A stretch of DNA of 64,000 bases from Pachysolen tannophilus NRRL Y-2460 (Eukaryota). The stretch covers positions 652,502-716,501 of the forward strand of contig KV454013.1 in the NCBI GenBank assembly GCA_001661245.1. Direction: 5' to 3'. Below the pieces are notes generated by a model that had not been told where the DNA came from, did no database searches, and saw nothing but the letters and a program-made list of their open reading frames with translations. A program made the translations under genes and the position numbers. Positions 1-11,382 of the stretch are shown piece by piece; position 1 is the stretch's first letter; each line of letters starts with the position of its first letter.

Positions 1-111
1 TAAAACAAATAAAAGAAAAGAAAAGTTAGATAAAAGTACATCATTAATTAAAATAAAAGTAGTTTTTGTTCTAATTTTTTTTTTTTTTTTTCCCCTTGTA
101 ATATGTAAATA

Positions 112-831
112 TTAGTTACCCATTGTGGAGACTGATCCATTTTCTTCTCCGATATATGTCTTTTCAACCATGTTGACGAATAAACCAACATCAACAACAC
201 CAGTTAAGAATTTGATTTTGTTATGTAATTTTGAGACTTCTGCTGGTGGGATTGCACCAAAATCAGCATCTATAATGAACATCCCGTTATCGGTGATAAC
301 AGGTCCAGCTTTAGCCGACCCACCACTTCTAACTTCAGCTTTAACAGCTCCAAATTCTTTTAATTCTTTTAAAATTTTTGTATAAGATGCAGGAATAATT
401 TCAATAGGAACACCTTTCCTCCAATTAACTCCTAATTGACCAGTTGGAGATTTTTTCCTAAAATCAGCAACAATAATAAATTTTTTTGAACATGAAGCAA
501 CTAATTTTTCTTGCATTAAACAAGCTCCTCCACCTTTAATAACATTTAAATCAGAATCAATTTCATCTGCTCCATCAAAAGTAATATCAATATTTGGAAA
601 TTCTTCAATAGAACCCAATTTTAAACCATTAGATAAAATTAATTGTTTTGATTGAAAACCAGTTGGAATACAAGTAAATTGGGATTTATTTGATAATTGA
701 CCAATTCTTTCAGCAACATAAACTACTGTAGAACCAGATCCAATTCCTATAATTTTATAACTAGGTTTTAAATTGTCATCAACAGCTTGATAAGCTGCAG
801 ATTTCTTACTTTGTTCAACTAAGCTTGTCAT
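112..831 (-). CDS. RKI1: Ribose-5-phosphate isomerase (RpiA family)
   Basis: Motifs [13 protein letters not shown] and KGGGACL. The conserved start is the ATG at 831 (MTSLVEQSK); an upstream in-frame ATG lies at 966. The ORF-track start is a non-ATG codon. Confidence 0.95.
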   Translation of the reverse strand: MTSLVEQSKKSAAYQAVDDNLKPSYKIIGIGSGSTVVYVAERIGQLSNKSQFTCIPTGFQSKQLILSNGLKLGSIEEFPNIDITFDGADEIDSDLNVIKGGGACLMQEKLVASCSKKFIIVADFRKKSPTGQLGVNWRKGVPIEIIPASYTKILKELKEFGAVKAEVRSGGSAKAGPVITDNGMFIIDADFGAIPPAEVSKLHNKIKFLTGVVDVGLFVNMVEKTYIGEENGSVSTMGN

Positions 832-1826
832 ATTGTTTTTAAAAGAAGATAAAAATGATGATGTACTAAATTTCAAATATTTAATTCTCTGTGAATAATT
901 TAAACCCAATTTTTTATTAAATGTTAACCTTAAAAAATTCTTATTCAATGGGGGGAATACAAACATATATTTATATATAAATATATAAATTAATGAATGG
1001 ACTCCACGTAATTGGTTACTTTTGATCAATAACAAATCAATATATATATATATATATATGTACGCTGTTTTTTTTTTGTTTTTTTCTCCCAAAGGTATGA
1101 AGTAATGCTACATAAATCGTCAGAAAAAAAATGAAAAATTTCAATTTAGCAACAACAACAACGTTGTCCAGAATTTTTTTTTTTATTTCTCTATTTAAAA
1201 ATGGATATTCGATTTCTCGGAATTGTAAAATCAGATTATTTAAATTTTAAGAAAAAAAACATTACAAATGATATAATAGATGACATTATAACTACAGGAA
1301 ACAAAAAACTAATCTTAAAAATAATGTCTTACTAAATGTAGATGTAGAACAGTAGAATATACATCAGTAGTACTAATGGTTAAGAGTATTTCTGTATTTG
1401 AGTTATCGATCATTCTTTTTCCTCCGACAAGCTCAAACAAATAAATAAACAAAAAAAATTTACTATTTAACCATCTATAATACCAACAATTTCATATTTG
1501 TGCCTTTAAAAACTAGTTTGCAATCAATCCTTATCCTTATCCATGGTATTATACAGTTAGCAAAAAATATATAATACCATCATATTTACACCCTACACCA
1601 CTTTCCTTTTTTTTTGTACCAAGTGAAAAACATCTTACACCAAATAATCAAACTTGCCCTTAAAGATATGATGTGTGACCTTCCCAGCTCTTCAGCCCTT
1701 TAAACACTTCCAGCCCCTTTATAGATTTTTAAAACCTTAGTCGTGTATTTTACTACAATACTGGTGGTGTGCGGATGCTCAAGGAATTGGCGGAGTTTTT
1801 ATTTTTGGATAGTGTTAAAGGGTGTG

Positions 1827-1912
1827 TAGCCCTAATGTATATCTATTTTTTTTTTTTTCCAAAATCTAAGTCACTGTTTGGGCCATACAGTGACCCAAAT
1901 GGCCCAAAACAG
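1827..1912. promoter_or_regulatory. RPS7 promoter elements: Tbf1-type TAGCCCTAA site plus nested inverted repeats
   Basis: TAGCCCTAA at 1827-1835. Inverted pairs GTCACTG/CAGTGAC (1870-1876 / 1888-1894) and CTGTTTGGGCCAT/ATGGCCCAAAACAG (1874-1886 / 1899-1912). Confidence 0.45.
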
Positions 1913-2083
1913 TAAGAAATTTCTGTAAAAATTTTGAAAAATTTCAAACATCTCCACACCTAATTATATATAGTATTTTTTCACAATTTTTCACAGGGTT
2001 GATAATTTTTCAATTTTTTAAAATAAAAAAATTCATTTAATTTTCTATTCAAATAAACGTGAATTCATAATAAATTGAACAGG

Positions 2084-2653
2084 ATGTCTGCTGCTTCTAA
2101 AGTTTTATCATCGGAACCAACTGAGTTAGAGTTACAAGTTGCTCAAGCTTTCATTGATTTGGAAGTCAACTCAAAGGACTTAAAGGCTGAATTAAGACCA
2201 TTACAATTCAAGACCATTAGAGAAGTTGATGTCTCAAATGGTAAGAAGGCTATTGTTATCTTTGTTCCAGTTCCATTGTTGCCAGCTTTCCACAGAGTCC
2301 AAGTCAGATTGACCAGAGAATTAGAAAAAAAATTCCCAGATAGACATGTTGTTTTCTTGGCTGAAAGAAGAATCTTACCAAAACCAGGTAGAGTTTCAAG
2401 ACAACAACAAAAGAGACCAAGATCAAGAACTTTAACTGCTGTTCACGATAAAATCTTGGAAGATTTGGTTTTCCCAACTGAAATCATTGGTAAACGTGTT
2501 AGATACTTGGTTGGTGGTAACAAAGTTGCTAAAGTCTTATTGGATTCAAAAGATTCTTCAAGCGTTGACCATAAATTAGATTCATTACAAGCTGTTTACA
2601 ACAAGTTGACCGGTAAACAAGTTGTTTTTGAAATTCCAGGTGAAACTCATTAA
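2084..2653 (+). CDS. RPS7: 40S ribosomal protein S7 (eS7), intronless
   Basis: [23 protein letters not shown] and [22 protein letters not shown]; strong codon bias; ATG at 2084. Confidence 0.98.
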   Translation: MSAASKVLSSEPTELELQVAQAFIDLEVNSKDLKAELRPLQFKTIREVDVSNGKKAIVIFVPVPLLPAFHRVQVRLTRELEKKFPDRHVVFLAERRILPKPGRVSRQQQKRPRSRTLTAVHDKILEDLVFPTEIIGKRVRYLVGGNKVAKVLLDSKDSSSVDHKLDSLQAVYNKLTGKQVVFEIPGETH

Positions 2654-2805
2654 ATGTAATAAAGCATGAAAGTTACTATGTTTGTGTTTTTTTATATCGA
2701 TAAACTTAATAATAATAATAATAATTAAGAGGCCAATTTGGGAATAAAAGTTTTATTTAAATTTTATGCTGTAGAAATTTAATTTATTTTTTTAAATAAT
2801 CATAT

Positions 2806-3801
2806 TTACCTTCTTTGGCTTTCAGCTAACTTTGCATTTTCCATAAATGATTTGTAATTTTGTTTTCTATTTAACAATGTAGGAGCTATACTAGCATCAT
2901 CACCACTAATATTATCGTCATAAGTATATCGAGAATCATCTTGAGAAATCATATCAGTCAATAAATCATCCACTTCTAAATTTTTATGGCCATGATGATC
3001 TCTAGATGAAAAAGATATTGGCTCAAACCATTTTTGAACAAAAGAACTTTTAGTTCCAGATTGTGGCTCTGAATCCAAATTAGAACTGAAAATTTTACCA
3101 TAATTATTTTTCTTCTTATGTTCCGATTTCTCCTCATTTTCTGTAATTTCTCTTTTATTTTGTGATATATTAGTTATTTTCAGCAGATGTTCATTTTTAT
3201 GATGATGATTCACTATAAAACTTAGGAAGCTAACTACGAACATGCAAACCAAAAAATTCCTAATTATGGTACTAGCATAACTGAGGAAAATTTTGAATAA
3301 AGGTTGCAATAACATCACAAAAATACCACAGAATAATCCAATTAAAAAACTGTTTAAATGTATGCCATTTGAATTATCAAAAACATTAGAAGTCTTGAAT
3401 ATATCGCTTAAACATTTTAAACAATTTTTGAAAAAATCTATTGATATAAATATTGTTTCTAAAAAATCAAATGATGCCACAAAATTTGGAGTTGTAGGCG
3501 TCGAATTCAAACTAATTCCTTGACCTTTGTTGGCTGTCCTTGAAACTGAAGGTTTTGTCCTCGAGGTAACTTGTACAGTGGCACTGATGTTATCACACAA
3601 TTCATTTCCATTCCCATGGGAAAGATTTTTTAAAATTGCAGAGTTTGGATAAGGCCTAGCATTTGGATTATGCAGATCAGAGTTATCAGACGTTATTGTT
3701 TCTTGATCTGACCATCGCTGATTATCCTCAACTTGAAATGCTCCGCTTGAATGATTCTTTTCTAAAAAAAATTTCCTTGGTTTTATCTGGTTTCCTATCA
3801 T
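2806..3801 (-). CDS. Uncharacterised protein with two predicted transmembrane segments
   Basis: Long ORF with first ATG at 3801 (MIGNQIKPRKFF). Hydrophobic stretches FLIGLFCGIFVMLL and FLVCMFVVSFLSFIV. Family not recognised. Confidence 0.7.
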   Translation of the reverse strand: MIGNQIKPRKFFLEKNHSSGAFQVEDNQRWSDQETITSDNSDLHNPNARPYPNSAILKNLSHGNGNELCDNISATVQVTSRTKPSVSRTANKGQGISLNSTPTTPNFVASFDFLETIFISIDFFKNCLKCLSDIFKTSNVFDNSNGIHLNSFLIGLFCGIFVMLLQPLFKIFLSYASTIIRNFLVCMFVVSFLSFIVNHHHKNEHLLKITNISQNKREITENEEKSEHKKKNNYGKIFSSNLDSEPQSGTKSSFVQKWFEPISFSSRDHHGHKNLEVDDLLTDMISQDDSRYTYDDNISGDDASIAPTLLNRKQNYKSFMENAKLAESQRR

Positions 3802-4133
3802 TGGTAAATCTCCAATTTTTCCAAAATATCCTGTTTTTATTTTTTTGTTTTTTTTTCTTCCTTCCTTCCTTTTATTCAAAACAAACTCATTACGTTTGGA
3901 TTAAGAAAGACAATTCCAGTATCTTTCGCAAAAAGATAAAATCAAAGAAAAAAAGCAAAAAAAAGAAACAATAAAATCGGTACTTATCTAATTCAAAGAT
4001 TGATGAAATATATGCACCAATGCTGTTTACAAATTACCAAATTAGGAAATGTAATGAGCCGCATATGTATAATAAAAGTCAATTTAATAGTAAGTTGCTT
4101 TCTAGAAGTCTACACAAGTTTTTAAACGTTTAC

Positions 4134-5876
4134 TCATTCATCAAGTGTCAAGTAACCAGTTTTTGTTCCAATCAATCTTAATAGTAAGTCTTGAACTTCA
4201 TTTTTTCCTCTTGGGTTTTCCCATATCTTATGATCACCTTCACTTATAACCCACTCTAAATTATTCTTGCTAATTTTCGTCAACTCCCTTTGCCATTTAC
4301 CCCAATTCAAAGAATTTTTAATCATCAAATCTGAACTTATTACTGCAACTGGTAAATTGCCTAGGTTCACATTTGAATTAGAAACTTCGTTATAGGATAA
4401 TATTCCAGCAGATATCTGTTCTTGCAACTTAGCTCTTAAAAATTTACCTCTTAATCTCATATCATCACCGTAAATTCTCTCTCTTGAACCATATCTATGG
4501 AAAAGAACATCTTTCCAACTAATCAATTGGTATGGTGATATCATTCCGTGATACCACATTCTGATACCCAGCCTCGTGTTCATTGGCCTTATACCGATTG
4601 TTTCCCATAAGTTTTCCCACCTGTTCTTCTTACCATCCGAAGTAGATCCTCCAAATGGATCTCTTTTCAACAAATTTTGAGACCACGCATCAACCAAGAG
4701 TAAAGAATGGACCTGTGACTGGTAACGAGAAGCAAAAACTCTAGTATATAACCCACCGATATCAAATCCCACCAACAGGAATGGACCATATATATTTTCT
4801 TTTGTCAATGCCTCATTTAATAAGTCAACTGTAATTCCAATTGAAACAGGAGAAGGTGCAGAGTCACTAAATCCCATTCCTGGTCTATCATAAATACAAT
4901 ATCTATCAACTTTATTCAAGTGATACAATTCTTCAACCCAGGATGAAATTTCCTCCGCTGAATCGTATTGACCTGCCTCTACTAGTATAATAGGCTGATC
5001 CGAATTTAACATTGCACCTTGCTCATATACCTCAGTATGACTGATATTATTATATACATCTCCAAAACATGATAAATGTAATCCAAATGAGTTATCTTGA
5101 ACTCTGATTTTTTCTCCCCAAGGATGAACTCTGCTATCAAAGGCATCAAGCCAAATATTTAAACTTATGAGTAAGAAAAAAAACAAGAGAATACATCTCA
5201 AAAAATTTCTGATCGTTACAATAAAATACTCGTAAAATGTCTTTCTAGTTTCTGGTCTTCCAGTCAATCTTATTTCTTCGTGAATTTTCCCCTTTTCAAC
5301 TAGATAATCTGCAAAACATCCAAATATACAAGAAAATAAAGTCCAAATAAAAGTAATGATACCCACCATATACTGATCATATCTTAAACCTGGAACTACC
5401 AAAACCAAAAGTAAATCAAAACCAATTAATCCTGCTGCTGTGTATCCAACTATTCTATCAACTTCAGACGGAATAGTGAAAAATAACTGAGACACCAAGT
5501 TACTACACAAGGATAGTATCATCAAATTAATTTCTAAAAAACTTCTTCCATGGTTGTTAAACCCCGGTATTGATACAAAATCAGAAACTATCAATAATAC
5601 AAACCAAATAAAAGAAATACTCGAAGAAAATGATAAAATCAATTTAGACATCCTCACATTCCTCACATTCAAAGGCGTAACACCAGGATCATCTGGTGAT
5701 AGCAATGGCCTTCTTTCCTCATCAGTATAATTATTCTCTTGATGATTAGTTGCTCTTTTATTCGGCTTATTCCCATGGTCGTTATCTACCGAATTGTAAC
5801 TTAAATTAGGGGAAGAAGAAGAAACATTGGCTGAGTTTCCTTCTCCCTCAAGATCACTTCCATTATTCAAAGACAT
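4134..5876 (-). CDS. Multi-pass membrane protein with a C-terminal alpha/beta-hydrolase domain (YNL115C-like)
   Basis: About five N-terminal TM helices, then YCIYDRPGMGFSDS, LVGFDIGG and LLLVD. Confidence 0.8.
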   Translation of the reverse strand: MSLNNGSDLEGEGNSANVSSSSPNLSYNSVDNDHGNKPNKRATNHQENNYTDEERRPLLSPDDPGVTPLNVRNVRMSKLILSFSSSISFIWFVLLIVSDFVSIPGFNNHGRSFLEINLMILSLCSNLVSQLFFTIPSEVDRIVGYTAAGLIGFDLLLVLVVPGLRYDQYMVGIITFIWTLFSCIFGCFADYLVEKGKIHEEIRLTGRPETRKTFYEYFIVTIRNFLRCILLFFFLLISLNIWLDAFDSRVHPWGEKIRVQDNSFGLHLSCFGDVYNNISHTEVYEQGAMLNSDQPIILVEAGQYDSAEEISSWVEELYHLNKVDRYCIYDRPGMGFSDSAPSPVSIGITVDLLNEALTKENIYGPFLLVGFDIGGLYTRVFASRYQSQVHSLLLVDAWSQNLLKRDPFGGSTSDGKKNRWENLWETIGIRPMNTRLGIRMWYHGMISPYQLISWKDVLFHRYGSRERIYGDDMRLRGKFLRAKLQEQISAGILSYNEVSNSNVNLGNLPVAVISSDLMIKNSLNWGKWQRELTKISKNNLEWVISEGDHKIWENPRGKNEVQDLLLRLIGTKTGYLTLDE

Positions 5877-6191
5877 TTTGATCCCAATTCTTTAGATCAA
5901 AGATAATACCTTGGCTTAATTCAAAATTAATTGAATATAATTATGGTTACAAGATAGCAATCTCAGAACATCTAAAGATGATGAGGTCGTGTGCATTTTC
6001 TATACAACTTGACTAGCCAAAGATGACAGACTTCCTTTACTTAACTGAAGATATATAGAGATGGATTGCTTTCCCATTTCCTACTATTACTACTACTATT
6101 AAAAGCAACTGGTAACTTCATTATATAATCGTTTATCATTTCATAGCTGTATATATACTTGGGGTTTAAATTTTATGTAAATCTTCGTGGA

Positions 6192-9100
6192 TTAAAGTTC
6201 TGTTAATCCACCGAAATTATTGTCATTTAAAGGATATGACCCTGCACTTGCACTGTACATTGAAGAGACTTCAGTATCAGCATTACAGTTTGTCCAAACA
6301 ATACTGTTACCACAACTACCCGAGTGATCTCCCAATTGACCACCCACAACTTGTTCAATTTCTTTAATTAATTTTATCATGTGATTTTCTCCGTAATATA
6401 TGCCAAAGCTGCGCGCAATAGGCAATTTTTTGTTGACAAACCGATCAACAATGACTGCTCTTTGTTTTTCTCCTAATCTTGATAACGGGAAAGTACCCTT
6501 CTGGACAAAGACAACTACATCGACAATTAAACTGTGCCTGTTCAATACCCTGTTAACTATGATTGGGACTAATGCAGAAACATTGGTTGATACTTTAGGT
6601 TCGACTACTAATATAGTAAAATCCGAGCATCTAAATATACATGAACCATTCTTGTAAATATCTGGATGACATGACTCGACACTTCTTTCTATATCAATAA
6701 CAAAATGGTGTAATCCCATTACTTCAATTGTTTCTGCAATTTTTCCCAAGACAAATAATGGCTGAATATCCAGTTTTTGACCGTTATTACTAACATCACT
6801 TTTAGAAACACTGTGTAAGAATCCTAAATCACCTGTACGCAAATAAGTATAATCATTATTACCATTTTTAATTTTAGCCTGGAATTGCGATTCAATAAAC
6901 GCATCTTTTGGGCCGTTTGGACCATTGGTGAAAGATAAGACGTTTGATTCTGAACAAACCCATATTTCACCATATTCGCCAACTTTACACAATTCACGAG
7001 TCTCAGGATTAACAATAGCAATTTGTGTACATACAGGGACCATACCCGAGTCTTGAACATGAATAGCATCAGAATTGGTACTAGGATTCACAATTGATAT
7101 ATAACCTTGACGCAAAGCAACAGGATCTAACCATAAATCAATTGGATCAAAAGACATATACGACCTCGAAGTAATCATTGGATTAAAATCATGGGTATAA
7201 ACATGGCTTATAGATGATGAAGACAAGTTTGCAGGTGCAAAATGTAAGCTTGAGGCCTTGAATAAATCGACAGCAGGTCTACCTTCATATGCAATCATCA
7301 AGTTTTTAAAATCTGACAATTCAAAACCTTTAGGTTTGGATTTTTTAAAAGCATGCTTAATCATTTGAGGGGTGATATAAGCATCTTTAACTTTATATTT
7401 TGATAAAGTCAAATAAAAAGTCATCGGATTATAAGAATAATCGACTGGGGAAATTAAATAAGTAGAAGAACCTAAGAACACACCTAATACAGTACTTTGG
7501 AGAAATCCTAATCCAGAAACATGACGGACACATCCAACCAAAGGATTAACACTTGTCATCAAGCACGTTTCCTTGATAGTCTTGCACATGCTCAATAAAA
7601 TTTTATGTGTTAGATTAACACCAATTCTGTAATGATCTGGAGACCAGTATAGCCACACTAAGGCTATTGTGTTTTCATCTCTAAAATTAACTGCAGCTTG
7701 CCATTTTGCGATCTTAGAATTCAAAGAAGCCATATTTGATGGTGCTTTCGTATATTTGGCTGTGTTTTTAATTTTTGGAAGTGCAGCCAAAGAATTATAA
7801 TTTTTAATAGCATGTGTAACTACTTTAGATTTAAGTAAAGATTCAACCTCCGGATGTGTGAAAATACAATTAATATTAAAATTTTTAATAACACCCATCA
7901 ATGCTATAACGTCTTCTTTAAGCCTGGAACCTGTATCAATTGGAGCAATTGGAATTGGAATCAATCCTAATAAAAAACATGCGTAACAGGCTATAATAAA
8001 TTCTTCGGAAAGCGAATACATCAAGATAACATGCTTGCCAGGAGACAAAATAGATTTATCCATTATATAAGAACATAAAGCATTAACTCTTGAGTCAAAT
8101 TTTTTCCATGTCAATGGCTTCGCCTCTTTGAAAGACCTATCAATTACAGAAAACGCCAATTCATCTGGTTGGTTACTGGATCTCCATTTTAAAATGTCAA
8201 TAATGGTCTTGAAATCAGTTAAAGGAACCCTAGTTCTATCGTCAATTGATACATCTCTAAAATCTAGTCCAGAAAACTGCCTTTCAGCAGTTGGGTTCAA
8301 CGAGTCTGATCTAAGTTTTGAAATGTATGGAGTCCAAATACCACCAATAATATCCTTACCTCTTGGAATATTGCTAACTGAATGACTTATATTGAACTTC
8401 AGATACATCGAAGGTAAAGTGCCCTCTGTAAATCTTCGCTTGCATAACATATTAGCAATTTCTGATCTGCCACTTCTTATAGTTCTTGGCAAGGTATCAG
8501 GTGGCGTCACTAAAATACAATATAGTCTAACATTGTGTAACGATTCTAAAGTTTTAAAAGCTTTTGACGCAATATCATCTAATGTTAACATATCAACCTC
8601 TTTGTAAGGTCCAGTATTAGAAACAGCAGTAGGTGAGGCAGCTGGTGACTCTATAATTGCAACAGGCAAATATTCCTTGTTGATATATATATCAAAGAAG
8701 GAACAATCAGAAACCTGTCTAACATTCCTTGCTAAGGATCTAACCAAATGTGTGGCATAATGGTATTTGTATTCAGTAGGTGGTTCTAATTGAGTGAGAG
8801 AAGGATTGTTCGAAGACTGATCATTTGAATTGGCAGATTCTTTCTTTTTCTCCAATTCCATCTTTTGATCATACCAGGTTACTCTTTGACGTAACCTATC
8901 CTCATATAGTCCCAAAACATAAATTTTACCGTTGTAAGTAAAACCTAATAGCCCAGTTCTCAAAAATTCCAAATCTAGAACCCCTTCATAATCTTTACAT
9001 CTCGCATGGAAAATTGCATCAGTATATTTTGGCAATCCCCAGAATCCACCAGATAATGAAGGACTATCAATCCAAATTTCACCCACTTCCATCACCCCAC

Positions 9101-10904
9101 TCAACATATTAGATTCTGGATTAACAATGGCCAAAGTAGCATCAGGTAAAGGATAACCAAACGCTCCTACTCTTATGTATTTCGAATTTTGACTTGATGA
9201 GTCAACAGCTGAAACAGGATGAGGTCTATCATCTATAACTTTTACTGAATTTGTCATCAACGAATGTTTATCTATAAAGACTTCAGAAAGGTCCGATTGT
9301 TTCCCTGGTTTTCCAAAATCATCAACGAGAGGCTTGTTAAAAGTACATCCTAATTTCTGTTCATTACCAAGCCAATCCCTGATTGATATTACCATACCAC
9401 CATGTTCACTCAAAGTCAACATAGGCGCTATAATATTTCTCGAATCACTGCACCCCAATGGCTGAAACCATCTCTCTGTGAGCAAATCATGGAATTCACT
9501 ATCTATTGTCAAAGCATTAATAAGACACCATCTGACACATGACAAATCTACTTTTATTTTCTTGTTGTATGTTCTTGTTAATTGAGGAAACGATTGATAA
9601 TTATACGTCACTTGCTTCAAACCTAAATAATCTGCTAATAAAATGGATACTTTATACTTGGTTATAATATTTGCATAAAGTCCAGAAACCTCCATTGAGT
9701 TTTGTGCAGTCCATATTAATAAATTTCCTGTATATATAGTGAACAATATTCCTATGATTAATCCTATCGACTGTCTTGAATCCAATGTACTTAAAAGTAC
9801 ATTTTTAAATTTTGTAATAGCAATTTCTGACCTTTTTATTGATTTTCCATTATATCCTGTCATACTTGATAATACTGTCGTTAAACAAGTCATTTGATGC
9901 ATAATTGTTCTATGGGATAATACCACTCCTCGAAGTTCTCCCGTTGGAGATTTACTAAATTCAATATAAGCCAAATCTGGAACTTGTAATGCTGGTGGAT
10001 CTGCTCTCTTATGTGGAGGCTGATAAGTTCCCATATCCGTGGTTTTCCACCATTCAACACCTTTAGGCCATTTTATTTTCCCCTGAGCATTCTGGTTTAT
10101 TTTTTCAAAATGTTTCTGTACATGATCCGACATCAAACATAAATGAGCTTGGGTATCATTCATGATATTAATGAATTCCTTAATAGGTAACCCTATACTT
10201 ATGGGCACCGCTACAACACCAGCTAAAAAACAGCCCATTAGAGCAATTGTGAATTCTATAACTTCAGTGTTTTGGTATATCAAGCACACTCTATCACCTC
10301 TATATAAACCAGATTTATTTTTAATCTGTTGAGCAACTTTCTCTGACTTGAGATAAAGCTTTTCCCAGCTTATCGAGCTCACTTCTTTACCTTTAGAATC
10401 AATGATCATTATTGCTGTTTCTTTTTGGTACGTGGTTGCTCTATGTCTCAATATAGATGGTAAATTATCAAATCTCTCAATCTGTGCATCTGGTAACTCC
10501 CTTGGATCTAAGGGTTTCTGCAATTCCTTCATGGGTCTTTCAAAGATATTTTCTTGCTGATACTGTTGATGTGGAAGATGATGCTGATGCTGATACAGCA
10601 TATGTTGTTGCATGAACATGCCGTCATTAGTCGCAGATGCTAAATGTGCATCATTAGCTGCAATTGGAATATTATTCAAAGAAAATTGATCAGTCATGTA
10701 AGAATTATCACTAAATACAGTATTACTAATTGATGGTTTCGAACGATGACCTACAATCTCATTTTGTGTCATCTTAGCATAAATTTTTTCTCTTTTCTTA
10801 ATGTAACCCTTATCTGTTAAAAGTCCATCATCATAATCATTCTTCAATTGAACCAACTCATTAGCAATATCTGATGGAATACCAGATGGAATTGAAAAAT
10901 CCAT
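6192..10904 (-). CDS. CMR2: DIP2/Cmr2 family protein (DMAP1-binding-like N-terminus, tandem adenylate-forming domains)
   Basis: DYDDGLLTDKGYIKKR; two AMP-binding-like domains (LAYIEFSKSPTG, GEIWI/GEIWV, FLRTGLLGF/YLRTGDLGF). ATG at 10904. Confidence 0.92.
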   Translation of the reverse strand: MDFSIPSGIPSDIANELVQLKNDYDDGLLTDKGYIKKREKIYAKMTQNEIVGHRSKPSISNTVFSDNSYMTDQFSLNNIPIAANDAHLASATNDGMFMQQHMLYQHQHHLPHQQYQQENIFERPMKELQKPLDPRELPDAQIERFDNLPSILRHRATTYQKETAIMIIDSKGKEVSSISWEKLYLKSEKVAQQIKNKSGLYRGDRVCLIYQNTEVIEFTIALMGCFLAGVVAVPISIGLPIKEFINIMNDTQAHLCLMSDHVQKHFEKINQNAQGKIKWPKGVEWWKTTDMGTYQPPHKRADPPALQVPDLAYIEFSKSPTGELRGVVLSHRTIMHQMTCLTTVLSSMTGYNGKSIKRSEIAITKFKNVLLSTLDSRQSIGLIIGILFTIYTGNLLIWTAQNSMEVSGLYANIITKYKVSILLADYLGLKQVTYNYQSFPQLTRTYNKKIKVDLSCVRWCLINALTIDSEFHDLLTERWFQPLGCSDSRNIIAPMLTLSEHGGMVISIRDWLGNEQKLGCTFNKPLVDDFGKPGKQSDLSEVFIDKHSLMTNSVKVIDDRPHPVSAVDSSSQNSKYIRVGAFGYPLPDATLAIVNPESNMLSGVMEVGEIWIDSPSLSGGFWGLPKYTDAIFHARCKDYEGVLDLEFLRTGLLGFTYNGKIYVLGLYEDRLRQRVTWYDQKMELEKKKESANSNDQSSNNPSLTQLEPPTEYKYHYATHLVRSLARNVRQVSDCSFFDIYINKEYLPVAIIESPAASPTAVSNTGPYKEVDMLTLDDIASKAFKTLESLHNVRLYCILVTPPDTLPRTIRSGRSEIANMLCKRRFTEGTLPSMYLKFNISHSVSNIPRGKDIIGGIWTPYISKLRSDSLNPTAERQFSGLDFRDVSIDDRTRVPLTDFKTIIDILKWRSSNQPDELAFSVIDRSFKEAKPLTWKKFDSRVNALCSYIMDKSILSPGKHVILMYSLSEEFIIACYACFLLGLIPIPIAPIDTGSRLKEDVIALMGVIKNFNINCIFTHPEVESLLKSKVVTHAIKNYNSLAALPKIKNTAKYTKAPSNMASLNSKIAKWQAAVNFRDENTIALVWLYWSPDHYRIGVNLTHKILLSMCKTIKETCLMTSVNPLVGCVRHVSGLGFLQSTVLGVFLGSSTYLISPVDYSYNPMTFYLTLSKYKVKDAYITPQMIKHAFKKSKPKGFELSDFKNLMIAYEGRPAVDLFKASSLHFAPANLSSSSISHVYTHDFNPMITSRSYMSFDPIDLWLDPVALRQGYISIVNPSTNSDAIHVQDSGMVPVCTQIAIVNPETRELCKVGEYGEIWVCSESNVLSFTNGPNGPKDAFIESQFQAKIKNGNNDYTYLRTGDLGFLHSVSKSDVSNNGQKLDIQPLFVLGKIAETIEVMGLHHFVIDIERSVESCHPDIYKNGSCIFRCSDFTILVVEPKVSTNVSALVPIIVNRVLNRHSLIVDVVVFVQKGTFPLSRLGEKQRAVIVDRFVNKKLPIARSFGIYYGENHMIKLIKEIEQVVGGQLGDHSGSCGNSIVWTNCNADTEVSSMYSASAGSYPLNDNNFGGLTEL

Positions 10905-11014
10905 CTTCAAACTACAACCTTTGCTATGAAACTAGTCCAGCCACAAACCAATCCCGTAGCCAATATCAATATAACTAGAGGGACTCAGATTATATTATCT
11001 TGAACTAAATTTAC

Positions 11015-11016
<2 letters not shown>

Positions 11017-11069
<53 letters not shown>
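11017..11069. repeat. (ATT)n microsatellite
   Basis: Direct reading; lies upstream of CMR2. Confidence 0.9.
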
Positions 11070-11071
<2 letters not shown>

Positions 11072-11382
11072 AATTATTATTGTTGATGCATTTTTTAGGT
11101 ACCAAACATGGAAATTTTAAAATTGCGTGTAACAAATTTAAAAACTACTGGAAGAGCTCAATAATATCTGAAAGATTGTAAGTAGTATAACTAAAGACAT
11201 AGCATTTGATAAAATGTTAGTTGATATAAAGTGTATACAAAGAGATTTCGTAGAAGTGCCGCCTTCCTTCCCGTTCCTGATAGTTCCTGATGAAGCAAAC
11301 CGATAAAACCAAACCAAAAAAAAAAAAAAAAAAAAGACAAAACGAAATGTGAACTGATGAAAGAATGAAAAGATGGAAAGAA

